The notes beneath the pieces were generated by a model that was given only the letters and a program-made list of their open reading frames with translations, searched no databases and was not told where the DNA came from. A stretch of 64,000 nt of DNA from Octopus sinensis (Eukaryota): the NCBI RefSeq assembly GCF_006345805.1, contig NC_043016.1:19902001-19966000 (forward strand), given 5' to 3'. A program made the translations under genes and the position numbers. Positions 36,701 to 47,628 of the stretch are shown here, piece by piece. Within the stretch, counting starts at the first letter, position 1. The number at the start of each line of letters is the position of its first letter.

Positions 36701-39700
36701 AAAAATCAATAGAAGTGACTTTTTTGTGAATTTTCTATCCAAAACCCAATCAAAATGCCTGAAACTTAATATGCCAATTGAATGCCAGCTAGCTGTATGT
36801 GATTGGTCGGATATTTGGACAGTACTTGCGTGTATGTGCGCACGCACGCAGCTGTCTATGCATGCACTAGCACTATGACCCAGTGTTGCCAGGTCATAGT
36901 GCTAGTTAGAAATAAATGAACTAGATTATATAACATTGGCAATCATTTACAATTATCCTGCAATGCCAAGAAAAGGAAACACACACACATACACACACGA
37001 CAGGTTTCTTTCAGTTTCCATCTACCCGGTCCACTCAAGGATTTGGCTGGCCTACGGATATAGCAAATGACACTTGCCACACCTATACCTCAAGCATGGA
37101 TGAGTACACATGTATATGTGTGTGCTGAAGTGTTTCTTTCTGTGTGTCTTCATAACTACAAAACCATTCCTGTGCTTATGATAATGACTGCAAAAACAAA
37201 ATATGTACACATACATATACATATGTATAAATTCTCACACACACAAACATTATGCACATTATCATTGTCATTGTCATTCAATATTCGTGTTCCAAGCTAG
37301 CATGGATTGGCTGGTTTGACAAGAACCAATAGGTCTAAAGACTGCATCAAGCTCCAGAGATCTGCTTTGGCATGATTTCTACAGCTAGATACCCTTCCCA
37401 ATGCCAATTGCTTTACAGTGTGGATTGAGTGCTTTTTTTGTGCCACCAGCATTATTAAGTCATTGTGTGACTCACAGGACTACCAACTTCATGCTAGAGG
37501 ATGAGGGATTATAATATTATTAGAGAAGTAGAGTTCAGAAGTAGTTCTTCTCAAGGATTGGCATGGCTACTCACATTTAGTGCAAACTTATTCCAAATCA
37601 AACACAAAAACAACTTACCATTGGATTAGAATCCGATAACAAATCTCTCAAAAGATCTAAAAATCCTTGGTCTTCCACCAACTGTGAATTAATGTCATGC
37701 AGTTTAGCCACACACACAGCAGCGGTCTTCCTAACGTAAGGGTCTTCGTCTTTGAGACATTTACGCAGTGGCTCACAGAGATATTCAGTTATTTTGTCAA
37801 CGCGGATGCAGCCCATGGTACGAACAGCAAGGGCTCTGATCAATGGATTACTGTCTTCGCAATCCTAGATAAATATCAAAAGGATGACATATTTTAATTT
37901 TAAATAAAATAAACTCAATAGTAAGCAAATTGGCAGAAGCATTAGAGAAACAGACAAGATTTCTTGTTATATTTATTCTAATTCTATGCAGTTTGAGTTC
38001 AAATCCCACTGAGATCAACTTTGCTTTCCAGGGTCGATAAAGCACCAGTCTAGGGTGGTGGTCTAGCAGAACCATAAAAAAATCAAACAGGATACTTTGT
38101 GGTATTTGTTTTGGCTTGTTGTATTTTAAGTTCAAATCCTGCCAGCCACCATAAAAAAGATTGTGTCTACATGTATGCAGTTAACCATAAATAATATTAG
38201 AGTTATCCAAGAGGTTTAGCCCAAATGAAATTACCTTGTTTGTGATAAAGAATATATTCCTATAAAGTTTAGCCTCAGGTAAATTCTTAAGATAATCTAT
38301 AATCAAATGCAATTCTTTTAATACCAACCTGTTTGAGACCATCCTGGTCCTATGATACAAACTTCCCATTTTAAAGTGATCTAAAAACCCTCCATCAGAA
38401 TTTCACATTAATTTATGTTCCAAACACCAGCTTAATAATTACTAAGTTATTTTACTAAATTCTATGTCATCTTCAAAATTAATGGTATTACAAAGATGAT
38501 GTATTTTCAGAAAATACATTAAAGAAAGGGTTAATCCTGCAGCTTTTTTTTTAAATATTTATTTTAACCCATTTGTTGCCATATTTCTACTAAAATATGT
38601 CATTGTTACAATTAATTCAGAAAATAACGGAGAATTTAGTAAAATAACTGTCATTATGGAGTTTGGAATATAAATTTTGATGAAAAATTTTAATTTAGAA
38701 CACTTTAAAACACTAAGTTTGTAACATTCAACCAAGGATGGTTCCAGATAGTCGGTATCAAAAGAACTAAACTGGTAAGACGTAACTTGAGAGTTTTGGC
38801 TGCTATTTCAAGCATACACATTACCCTTATTATACAAGGAACAAGGCCACTATTTGAGGAAGCATATAAATAGTTAAACAGATCCTTTATGTTGTGCTTC
38901 ACTGGTATTTTAGTTTATCAATCACAGCTAATTGGCAGGCAAAACTAATTTCACTAACATCTGAACTCAGGACAAAGAGGCCAAAACTATATATCATGAA
39001 GCATATGGTCTGATGCTCTCACAATTCTGTCAGTTCCTTACTTTTTGTATTTAATTATATTAACCCTTTTAATACCTATTTCTTTACTACCCTCAAGGGG
39101 CTAAACACAGAGAGGACAAACAAGGACAGACAACCGGATTAAGTCGATTATATCGACCCCAGTGCGTAACTGGTACTTATTTAACCGACCCCGAAAGGAT
39201 GAAAGGCAAAGTTGACCTCGGCGGAATTTGAACTCAGAACATAGCGGCAGACGAAATATGGCTACGCATTTCACCCTGTGTGCTAACGTTTATGCCAGCT
39301 CACCGCCTTGTATTAACCCTTTTAATACCAACCACCCTAAGACCACCACCCCTGGGTGCATGATAAGAATTTCTTGTTTTAAAAGTTATCTTTCCATAAA
39401 GATTTCATGTGAATTTGTGTTCCAAACACTAGCTTAATAATGACAAAATAATTTTACTAAATTCATTATTTTAAAAATTAACTGCAGTAACAGCATTGTA
39501 TTTCAACAGATATAAGAAGGTAACTAAAGGTTAAGTGGTGTTTTACTTTGTTTTTTGTTTTTTTTATTTTTGAATACAAATTAATAGCCAGATAAAATAT
39601 GAATTGAATAAAGACGTATAAGGAACATTAATTAATTATAAAATGAGGCACAAGATAAGAACATAGATTTTACCCCCAAGAGGTCTTATCATATCTTGGT

Positions 39701-42249
39701 ACAATGTCATACTATCAGGATACAGTAATAGAGGACATTTATTCTGTGCAATGATAAGATAAACAAGCAGCTCAATTACTTGAACTTTCACAAGTCCTTG
39801 ATCAAAATCTATAGAGGAAAATGCAATTTGTAACATTCATGCCTTTCCCAAACATAACTACAGGAGTGATACTACAGCTTAGAAATGACAATATAGTCTC
39901 AGACTCAAGAAGTTTACTATTTATTCAACTCTTCAGCATTTCACATACCAAATTATATGTTAATGTCATTCTATAGCTCAGCTGCTTTTCACGAAGCCAG
40001 AACTTAATTCATTCACTTGAAGAGAGCGACATTGCTCACTGGAAATATTTCCATATTTTGACATTAATAAAAAAAAAAAATTTTTTACCCTGCTGGGTTT
40101 CACTATAGTTAAAGGAAATCTACAACAGCTGTTAATGTATATTATTACAAATAATACGAAAAGAAAATACAAATACCTAGTCTTCAGTAACATACTACTA
40201 CTAATAAATAATAACAAAAGTTGCTTATAATTTTGGCACAAGGCCAGAAATTTTGAGGGGAGGGGGACAAGTCTATTACATCAACGCCAGTATTTGACAG
40301 TTCATTTTATTGAACCTGCTCTCTACCTCCCCCAAAAAAGATGAAAGCCAAAAGTAACATCGAATAATAATAATTTTGGTGCAAGGCCAATGATTTAAGG
40401 TGAGTTGAGAGTGGGAGGATGGGGGGGGGCAAGTTAATTCCATTGATCCTGTTATTTGAATGCTACTTTATTTTATTGATTCCAGAAGGATGAAAGATGA
40501 AGATGACTTCTGTAAGATTTGAACTCAGTGTAAACAGTCTGAACAACATACTACAAAAGATTTCTTCCTACTCAATGATTTGCAAGTTCAATAATGGTGA
40601 CCTTCTTAATCACTGAAGGTTAACAAAAATCATCACAGACAGTACAGGACAATAGAGTGGGGGGGTGTACATTAAAAAAATGTGCAAAAAAAGAAAACCC
40701 AAAAAAATTTTAAACAGAAAATTGTTCAAAAGGAGACTTCTGGGGGTTACTTGTGAAAACCTCACAAAACTGGTCACAATGACCCTCAACCCATTGCCCC
40801 TCTCCAGTCTAGAAGTACATTATCAGAGCAGGTTTGTTCACTCAGACAATATTCGCCAATCTCATCCACATTTTAACAAATTTACTGGGAGATAGCACTT
40901 CCTTTTCCACCCACATTTTCCTTTTCAAGTGTAACTTGAAAAACTCGATAAGAGACAAGCCAGAGAGGACGATGTCTATTTTCAGCCCTTTTCGTTTTGT
41001 CCACAACAAAACCTCTTCTGCCAATGCCATTAGACAGATAAAAACTACTACTCCCAACAAAACGAAGGAGACAAGACAATCTTCACAATGGATCCATCAT
41101 ACATGCAATATGCATCATACAGGAGTGGCTGTGTGGTAAGTAGCTTGTTTACCAACCACATGGTTCCGGGTTCAGTCCCACTGCATGGCACCCTGGGCAA
41201 GTGTCTTCTGCTATAGCCTCGGGCCAACCAAAGCCTTGTGAGTGGTTTTGGTAGATGGAAACGGAAAGAAGCCCGTCGTATATATGTATATATATGTATG
41301 TGCGTGTATGTTTGTGTGTCTGTGATTGTCCCCCTAGCATTGCTTGACAACCGATGCTGGTGTGTTTATGTCCCCGTAACTTAGCAGTTCAGCAAAAGAG
41401 ACCGATAGAATAATTACTGGGCTTACAAAGAATAAGTCCCGGGATCGAGTTGCTTGATTAAAGGCGGTGCACCAGCATGGCCGCAGTCAAAAATGACTGA
41501 AACAAGTACAAAAAAAAAATTAAAAAAACATGCATACATGCACCAGATCCATCATACATTGCAATAGCAGCTGTTTGACATAGTATATTGGTGTGGTGTA
41601 GTTATTGCGTAGTGTTTTGTGTGTTGATGTGTACAGTTGGTTAATTGTTGTGACTGTGGCTATGTAGTTTATGATGTTCCCTTGCAGGTTTTGTCCCTGT
41701 TATAGGGTTTGAGTGTAGACTGAGTTGTATTTATGATTGCTGTAGTGTTTACAGTGCCGATGTTGTTTGTGGTGCTGGTTGTGGAGTTGGTGTTGATATT
41801 GTACTCCCTTCAAATCTCCCACTTGTACATGCTCCCTCTTTCTGTCTTGATGCTTTATATATATCGAGCTTACCTTGACAAAAGTGTTAACCGCCATGAT
41901 AGCCATATCTGGTTGACTCTTGGCATAGTTCATCAGGTATAAATACACCAACTTCTTCAATTCCAAATTATCAGTCTGCATACAATTAACGACATCAGGG
42001 AAGAGCGCACTAGAAAAAAAAATTGTTTTCAAATTTGACATATATTGACTTTAATGAGAAACATATAATTAAATTTTTACCCATTAATAGAATGAGCCAT
42101 TATGCTAGCACTAAGAGACTGATGTGTCACGTATATTAAAATAAAAATGTTGGACATTAATAGAATGATTTACCATTGTAGCACCAAGATACTGATGTCA
42201 CAAATATCAAACCAAACCAAGATAAAACATCTACTATATATGTATGTAT

Positions 42250-42300
<51 letters not shown>

Positions 42301-43362
42301 TGAATATATATATATATATACATTTATATATATATATATATATATATATGCATGCCTGCTTTATATATACACACACACATATTTAAATGAGCATATACCA
42401 GCGAGGGAGGGCTAAAAATATACACATTCTCCCAGCCATGCCAGCATGGAAGGCAGACAGTAAATGATGATGGCGACTGAATAAAAATATCTTACAGCGA
42501 TTTGTTTGAGTTACCTCTCTTTACTCCAGTTGAAGAGCTAGTTAAGATAGATCAATCACACTAAGTACTGAGATTTGACTAAGAAGAAACAAAAATAAAA
42601 CTAGCATGCTCACAGTTCAAAAAGATTAAAAGAAAAAAAAAACAAATAAAAGAATAACTTGAGCTACCTACAAACATCTAATGAATTAGTAAAATACTAA
42701 CCTGACATCTTTACCAACAGTCATGCTGGCAATAACTTTCTTCACAGCTTCCTTCTTTTTCTCTTTCTTGTCACAGTTTAATTCAGCCTTCAGCTCAAAT
42801 ATCTCACCTAAATGAAAGGAAATCGCCAAAAAATATTTACTACTAAATGAGAATTCATGCTTACTTAAAAAACATTCTAAAGTAAAAATTAGTGTAAGTG
42901 AGACAAAGAAATATCTTACTTGAATTTCCAAGTATCACGACATTGAACCATATGTTGAACTCAATATTTTTGTACTTTAAAACAACACACACACACACAC
43001 ACACACACACAATGAGAATGACAAACACACACACCAACTGCAGATTGAGAAAACATTAAAGGCCCCAGTACTATGAGAAAAAGAAATTATAACAATCAAA
43101 AATTTGATCAATCGATTAGTTAACAATAACACTGAAGTGAACCCCAATCAGTGCATGTGATTTGGAGGTAAGGGGTGAGAAAAAACTCCCAATGTAAAAG
43201 AAGTGTTATGCAACAAAACTATTTGACAGAAAAGAAAATGTGAAATCTATTTCAAACTGTTTTATATCTAAATAGGAAAAGATAATTTCTTGGCATTAAA
43301 ACAGAAACAGAAACAGAAACTGTACCTTTTTTAGTGGTGGTAAAATATTTTGAATCTGTCAT
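10970..43362 (-). CDS. AP1B1/AP2B1: AP-1/AP-2 complex subunit beta (beta-1/2 adaptin), 20 coding exons traced; terminal coding exon not found in window (3'-partial)
   Basis: Spliced translation runs [22 protein letters not shown]... through the adaptin trunk, a hinge with a clathrin-box-like LLDMD, and the appendage ending ...[14 protein letters not shown]. All 20 exons have GT/AG ends, compatible phases and sum to 2721 nt. Invertebrates typically have one beta subunit shared by AP-1 and AP-2 (e.g. Drosophila Bap), so the paralogue name is ambiguous. Confidence 0.97.
12412..12583 (-). CDS. AP1B1/AP2B1: beta-adaptin coding exon 19 (172 nt)
   Basis: gtttcag|GTT GCC ATT...GCT G|gtaagt; [57 protein letters not shown]. 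Confidence 0.96.
12671..12974 (-). mobile_element. RTE LINE 3' end
   Basis: Reverse complement of 60830-61017, with sub-repeats and a (CAT)n tail. Confidence 0.85.
13809..13938 (-). CDS. AP1B1/AP2B1: beta-adaptin coding exon 18 (130 nt)
   Basis: tttaaag|C TTT GGT...TTA CAG|gtactt; [43 protein letters not shown]. Confidence 0.94.
14926..15071 (-). CDS. AP1B1/AP2B1: beta-adaptin coding exon 17 (146 nt), appendage
   Basis: ttttag|GTT TGG GTT...AAC AG|gtatta; [49 protein letters not shown]. Confidence 0.95.
15280..15690 (-). mobile_element. Decayed RTE-type LINE 3' fragment
   Basis: Minus strand gives an RPRGRPR-like C-terminal RT segment; higher GC than surrounding intron; frame-disrupted. 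Confidence 0.6.
15996..16088 (-). CDS. AP1B1/AP2B1: beta-adaptin coding exon 16 (93 nt)
   Basis: Long pyrimidine tract then cacag|TTA GGA...CAG GAG|gtaact; [31 protein letters not shown]. Confidence 0.92.
17793..18021 (-). CDS. AP1B1/AP2B1: beta-adaptin coding exon 15 (229 nt), hinge with clathrin-box-like motif
   Basis: catttag|T GGC AGC...ACA CTA|gtgagt; phase 2 matches exon 14; contains [12 protein letters not shown] and [14 protein letters not shown]. Confidence 0.92.
20425..20811 (-). mobile_element. tRNA-derived SINE family A, full length
   Basis: A-box-like tggctgtgtggtaag, B-box-like gggttcagtccc, central TA/TG microsatellite, (gtaaaaga)n tail. Confidence 0.85.
20884..21140 (-). CDS. 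AP1B1/AP2B1: beta-adaptin coding exon 14 (257 nt), end of trunk
   Basis: cttaaag|GAT AGT GAT...ACA TC|gtaagt; [41 protein letters not shown]...[24 protein letters not shown]. Confidence 0.95.
23003..23101 (-). CDS. AP1B1/AP2B1: beta-adaptin coding exon 13 (99 nt)
   Basis: catgcag|GTC CAA...ACT CAG|gtaaag; [33 protein letters not shown]. Confidence 0.96.
23703..23859 (-). mobile_element. RTE LINE 3' end inserted in a TG/TA microsatellite
   Basis: Reverse complement of the 60850-61017 tail. Confidence 0.85.
26240..26342 (-). CDS. AP1B1/AP2B1: beta-adaptin coding exon 12 (103 nt)
   Basis: attatag|A GCA TCC...ACA CAG|gtatga; [34 protein letters not shown]. Confidence 0.96.
26862..27153 (-). 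mobile_element. tRNA-derived SINE family C
   Basis: Head ggcctagtggttagagcagtggactcgcgg...ttcgaatctcagacc; contains gcgacggactggcgtcccgtccaggggg. Confidence 0.8.
27719..27807 (-). CDS. AP1B1/AP2B1: beta-adaptin coding exon 11 (89 nt)
   Basis: ttgtaag|GAT ATT TTC...GCA AG|gtaagc; [30 protein letters not shown]. Confidence 0.96.
28093..28258 (-). CDS. AP1B1/AP2B1: beta-adaptin coding exon 10 (166 nt)
   Basis: tttatag|G TAT GCC...ATC AAG|gtataa; [55 protein letters not shown]. Confidence 0.96.
28570..28803 (+). mobile_element. RTE LINE 3' end
   Basis: gccggtggcacgtaaaaagcacc...ggacgttaaatgataatgatg, same as the LINE 3'UTR. Confidence 0.85.
28825..29740 (-). mobile_element. Decayed RTE LINE RT fragment, interrupted by the 29065-29474 insertion
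   Basis: MLHGSETW and GRGRPRKT-like segments on the minus strand match the 59005 ORF family. Confidence 0.75.
29065..29474 (-). mobile_element. RTE-type LINE 3' end (second family) nested in an older RTE fragment
   Basis: ORF 29073-29447 ([18 protein letters not shown]...GHCCRAENE); (TGA)n tail; 10-bp direct repeat tgtctttcat at 29055-29064 and 29475-29484. Confidence 0.8.
30062..30202 (-). CDS. AP1B1/AP2B1: beta-adaptin coding exon 9 (141 nt)
   Basis: gtttcag|A CCT GAT...AAA GA|gtgagt; [47 protein letters not shown]. Confidence 0.96.
30321..30475 (-). CDS. AP1B1/AP2B1: beta-adaptin coding exon 8 (155 nt)
   Basis: tttag|GTG ATA ATG...AAG AG|gtaaga; [52 protein letters not shown]. Confidence 0.96.
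31645..31873 (-). mobile_element. tRNA-derived SINE family B (Nin-like central domain)
   Basis: 19-bp target duplication aatgacagacaatgatcta (31626-31644 and 31874-31892); tRNA-like head at right; ctttcatcttttcggggtcgataa segment. Confidence 0.85.
32741..32807 (-). CDS. AP1B1/AP2B1: beta-adaptin coding exon 7 (67 nt)
   Basis: atttcag|T ATT TGT...GTC AGA|gtaagt; [22 protein letters not shown]. Confidence 0.95.
32965..33520 (+). mobile_element. CR1/L2-group LINE 3' fragment, antisense in intron 6
   Basis: [30 protein letters not shown]...[17 protein letters not shown]...TRGHAYK...[14 protein letters not shown], followed by an (AAT/TTA)n tail. Confidence 0.85.
34346..34414 (-). CDS. AP1B1/AP2B1: beta-adaptin coding exon 6 (69 nt)
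   Basis: taacag|A TGG GGT...CAA AG|gtaaat; [23 protein letters not shown]. Confidence 0.95.
35545..35669 (-). CDS. AP1B1/AP2B1: beta-adaptin coding exon 5 (125 nt)
   Basis: cctcaag|GTT GTT GCC...ACA GA|gtaagt; [42 protein letters not shown]. Confidence 0.95.
35710..36018 (+). mobile_element. Non-autonomous Helitron, family 1
   Basis: A|TC 5' end, subterminal hairpin cccgagcaacgccggg, CTAG|T 3' end; the same 5' end recurs at 63945. Confidence 0.8.
36530..36905 (+). mobile_element. Non-autonomous Helitron, family 2
   Basis: A|TC start; 14-bp inverted repeat ctagcactatgacc/ggtcatagtgctag ending CTAG|T. Confidence 0.75.
37619..37864 (-). CDS. AP1B1/AP2B1: beta-adaptin coding exon 4 (246 nt)
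   Basis: atctag|GAT TGC GAA...CCA ATG|gtaagt; [46 protein letters not shown]...DSNPM. Confidence 0.97.
39064..39530. mobile_element. Second TTAA-flanked MITE family copy, with a SINE inserted in its left end
   Basis: TTAA|cccttttaatacc...ctaaagg|TTAA; related copies at about 8147-8359 and 38315-38530. Confidence 0.6.
39077..39310 (-). mobile_element. SINE family B
   Basis: 19-bp target duplication tattaacccttttaatacc (39058-39076 and 39311-39329). Confidence 0.85.
41121..41512 (+). mobile_element. SINE family A, full length
   Basis: Same structure; near-duplicate gatccatcatacat(t)gcaata on both flanks. Confidence 0.85.
41874..42009 (-). CDS. AP1B1/AP2B1: beta-adaptin coding exon 3 (136 nt)
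   Basis: ttctag|T GCG CTC...GTC AAG|gtaagc; [45 protein letters not shown]. Confidence 0.97.
42702..42807 (-). CDS. AP1B1/AP2B1: beta-adaptin coding exon 2 (106 nt)
   Basis: tttcatttag|GT GAG ATA...GAT GTC AG|gttagt; [35 protein letters not shown]. Confidence 0.96.
43326..43362 (-). CDS. AP1B1/AP2B1: beta-adaptin coding exon 1 (37 coding nt, [13 protein letters not shown])
   Basis: ATG at 43362; donor G|GTACAG; N-terminus matches beta-1/2 adaptins. Confidence 0.95.
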
Positions 43363-43387
43363 CTTGATGTTATTGGTCACACGGTAC
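43363..43387 (-). other. AP1B1/AP2B1: 5'UTR part of the ATG-containing exon
   Basis: Acceptor tcttatattgcag| at 43388-43389, 25 nt upstream of the ATG, preceded by a pyrimidine tract. Confidence 0.75.
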
Positions 43388-44597
43388 CTGCAATATAAGA
43401 GTAAATGATATTAATTTCTCATTTTTTAATTCAACGCAAATGCTTGTTTATTTCAGAGAAAGGAGCAATAGTGCAAATGTGAGTTTATACCATACGCAAT
43501 GGCATTAATAATACAAGTAAAATAATAAGAGTAAATATCGATTTCATCTTTGACATACAAGGTCACAGTTTGTAGAGAATGGGTATAGTGAATTAAATCA
43601 ACATCCACTATATAACTGGTTCTGGTACATTTTTTGTCAACTCTGAAAGGGGTCAGATTCAAACTGAGAATATAGGGGGGAGAACTACAAGCTGCAAATC
43701 ATTCTGTCCAGTGCACAATCCTTCCAGTCTCACCATTGCTTTGATAAAGACAAATATTAAAGAATAGTCACTTCTACTAGTTATAGACTACATGACTATT
43801 ATGTTGAACTTGGAGATGGAAACCCTTATGCTGCCATTTGAGTTGCAAAAAAACAGCAGCCAAATCCCCACCTGCTAAATTACACTGTACTGCCTTAGAA
43901 TAAAAAAGACAATGATATATTTTATAATGTAAACAAAGATATGCAACAAAAATGGGATGGTTGCAGCTAGAACACATTTGGTCACAGGCATCTCAGTGTA
44001 GACTTGGGGTTAAACAACAATGGTTGAATTCCTTAACTAAAAATACAACATGACTGAAAACAGGACTTCTTTTCATTACTGCCATTATCATCTTCTTTCC
44101 AGCTACTCCTACCCACTCTTATATAATGTAGGGTAGACATGTATCATCTCCATAGCAAGATACCTGTGTTTGCCCCTGTATCATACTTTGGCCTCTCAGC
44201 ACCTGACATAAAACCCTTTCTCTCTACTACAACCCTACTCAGTCAGGGTTCTTTTTTTTTGTCTTGCAAGTAACTTGGTGAACTCGCGAGTGCTGATCTC
44301 CTGAGAAAAACACCCAGTACACTCTCTCTGTAAAGTGGTTGATATTAGAAAGGGCATCAAGCCATATCAAAAACCATGCCAAAACAGACACTGGAGCCTA
44401 ACACAGTTCTCTAGTTTGTTGGATCCAATCAAATTGTCCAACCCATTACAGCATGGAAGACATATTAAATAATAATGATCAAAACAAACAAAAAATTTGA
44501 GCAATACTAATGTAACAATATATAAAACATTTTCTCTATATATACTAATTAAGGATAATTATAAAAACTGATTGTTTAAAATGAAAAATTATATTAA

Positions 44598-44817
44598 CCA
44601 TTTAACATTCAGATTATTCTGTCAAATGTAAAGCTTATTCATTCACATTGTTTAAATTAATCAGACATTATCTCATAGCTTCAAGATGTTGATGATGTGA
44701 TAGTGTATTTTTAGAATGATAGTGTAAGGTAGGTGTGACAAAAAAGATCTGGACAGTTTGAACATAAAATGGGTAGAATATTTGAGCTGGAATATGGCCA
44801 GTTTGAATACCAAAGGG
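44598..44817. mobile_element. piggyBac-like MITE, same family
   Basis: TTAA|ccatttaacatt...aataccaaaggg|TTAA, 220 bp; interior similar to the 57770 copy. Confidence 0.7.
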
Positions 44818-46210
44818 TTAAGCCATAAATAGTATTCTTCGTTAAGTTTTACAGAAGTGATAAGTTCTCTGCAAACTGAAGTCTGAGATTTGGATTTATT
44901 GCCTATTTATTTTATATCAGGTGCAATTACCTCTAGAGTTGTCAGTTACAAGTTTATAACAGGAAAAATAAGTGGTTCACTGCATTTCTGACAATGAGAA
45001 TGACAGGCGAGTGTCTCTAACAGGATGCGGAATAAATACCACAAGTGACTGTGTTTAAAAAACATCAGTTTTTATTATTTTCTTGATGACGTTTACATCC
45101 TTCACTGATATATGTGCGCATGAACTTCTGTAGTTTCTATGTACCAAATTCCATTCCAAGAAGCTACAAGGTAGGAAACTTTTGCTCTAGGTACCAGATA
45201 AAAGTTTGAACAATACATTTGCTTATTTAACTTCAATACCACACAGTAATATTTAGAACCATTTAATTTTTAATGTTCTTCAGAGACATGAACATTCTTC
45301 GTTATAAGTGCTTGAGAGGGTTTATCTATCTTTATTTCTTGATCGATGGCTTCAGTTGTTGAGAACCTTTTTCAAAAGTTTTAGTCAACTATCTCAACAG
45401 TACATTTTTATGATACTTTATTTCCTTATTTCTAAAATCTCATTCATCGTCATCTTCATCGTTTAACGTCTGCTTTCCATGCTGGCATGGGTTGGACAGT
45501 TCGACTGAGGACTTGGTGAGCCAGAGCCTGCACCAGGCTCAATCTGATCTGGCAAAGTTTCTAAAGATACAAAATGCAAAATGACATCGGTGTTGCATAA
45601 AATAGAATGAAAATTCACATCACAACTACTTGTCTATTCCTTTACTTCTATTTTCAAATAAGTTTAGACACTGCAAATTTTATCGAGCTCACTCAAATTG
45701 TTGAGCTTCATTATGCCACTCCATACTTTGCAAAATGTGCCAGTGCATTCTAAGAGCAGAGTAAGAGGACCAGGATACCAGTATCAGTTTAGATAAGGGT
45801 GATAGCTTTTGTTATCTAGATGTAATTAGCAAGGAAGGTTGCTTCTATGAAAATATACTAGCCAGAGTAAGAACAGATTAAGGGAGCTACTACTGTTGCA
45901 GGCAACAAAGGTCTTTTCTCTCAAAGTAAAGGGCAGATTTTTATGACACAATTATTAGAACTAAAATGTTGCATGGTAGTGAGACATAAGCCATGAACGT
46001 AGAAGACTCGGGGAGATTGGAAAGAGATGAAACAAGCATGCACTGTTGGATGTGCAATGAAAATGTGCGTGGCTGTTGATATAAATGATTGAGAGAAAAA
46101 ACATATAGATGAAATGAATAATGTAATGCAAAAAGTCATGTTTTGGTCCATGACTTTGGCCCACCCTGTCTCCCCTATCCTCTCTAATTTTCTTTTTTCT
46201 ACCTTTCATT

Positions 46211-46254
<44 letters not shown>

Positions 46255-46399
46255 CCTCTTTCTCTCTCTGTCGTTGCTCACACATGACCATCGTCCATCT
46301 TTCTTTTCCTTACATGACCATCTAACTTTCCTGCACAGATGTTCTAAGGACTGGACATCTCCTATATCTCTTTCTTCTGTCTTTTCTCTTTTCAAAGAA

Positions 46400-46740
46400 A
46401 ATATTTCTCTCAGCATTCACTATTTTCCCCTCATTCAGGTCTAATGACCCTCCATGTTTGTTTTCGTTCGGTTTCCCTGTATGTCTCCACTGCTGTGTTT
46501 TTGTTCCTAACTTTGACCCTCTATAGATCCAAAATTTTATTTTGATATTTAAGGGAGCAACTGTCTTCGAAAACTCATATTGTCGTTGATTGCTCAAAAT
46601 GGGGAGTAGATAGACAGCCGACAACTGATGAAGGATCATTCTTTGTGTTACTTGCCCTTTTTTCTGTCGTTATTTGCATATTTAACTCATTTGTTTTCGT
46701 ATTTCATGTTGTTTACTATTGGTGATGTCCTGTACTCATA
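46400..46740 (+). mobile_element. Penelope-like remnant with hammerhead-like motif
   Basis: CpG-retaining, T-rich segment carrying gacagccgacaactgatgaagg and cttcgaaaactcatattgtcg. Confidence 0.4.
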
Positions 46741-46745
46741 AATGA

Positions 46746-46794
<49 letters not shown>

Positions 46795-47628
46795 CGTATG
46801 TACATAATGGTATACTGTATATGAAAGCACAAATATACACTGTATGTAAAATATTTATATCACATTTAAATCCTGTTTTACTTTGAAACAAGAAAATATG
46901 ACCAACATGATGTAAAAGTACTGAATTTAGCAAATCCTGTTTCTACAATTTCTCAGTTAACCTGAAAGCAAATACATCCTGCAGTCATCATCCTTTAACA
47001 TCTGTTTACTATGGTGGCATGGGTTAGACAGGTCACCTTCATCTTCAGATTCTATTCAAAGATTCTTGCCCTCCTAGACAAGTTGGAGGACCATGTCTTG
47101 TGTATGTTTCATATGGCATGATTTTTGTGTGGATGCCCTTCCTGGAATCAACCACTTTATAGCTTATTATAAAATGGCAGGTGCTAAAGAAGGAAGTCTA
47201 ATGCTCTAACTTCACACTCATTGCTCAAACCAACAAGAAAATCTTTATGTTATCATTCAATCTGATAGAAATAATAACTAAATCTCCCTCAAAATCACCC
47301 ACAACTGTATTAAAATGTAAAAAAAGACATATTGGATAATACAGTTCTAAATATATCATGTCTGAAATGAAGGCAGAATGGTCACAGCTGAAATTACGCT
47401 GATCATACAGCTGCTTAATAAGAGACAACCTGGGACGAAACAGCCATTTATTTATACATTTTTTTAAGGGATCACATATGATTCCTTCAATTCTTTTGTA
47501 AAAGCCAAGAGTTGAAAGAGCGAAAGCAAAATTAATAACACTACATTTATTTGACAGCCAAACAAGAAAACAGCTTTTGCTAAACAACAAAACGTGGCTT
47601 TCATAAACTATGCCAGTATTTAATTTAC

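Noticed and set aside
44960-45400. Second hammerhead in a Penelope-like stretch
   Set aside because: CTGA-like motifs are present but there is no correctly placed GAAA or pairing stems.
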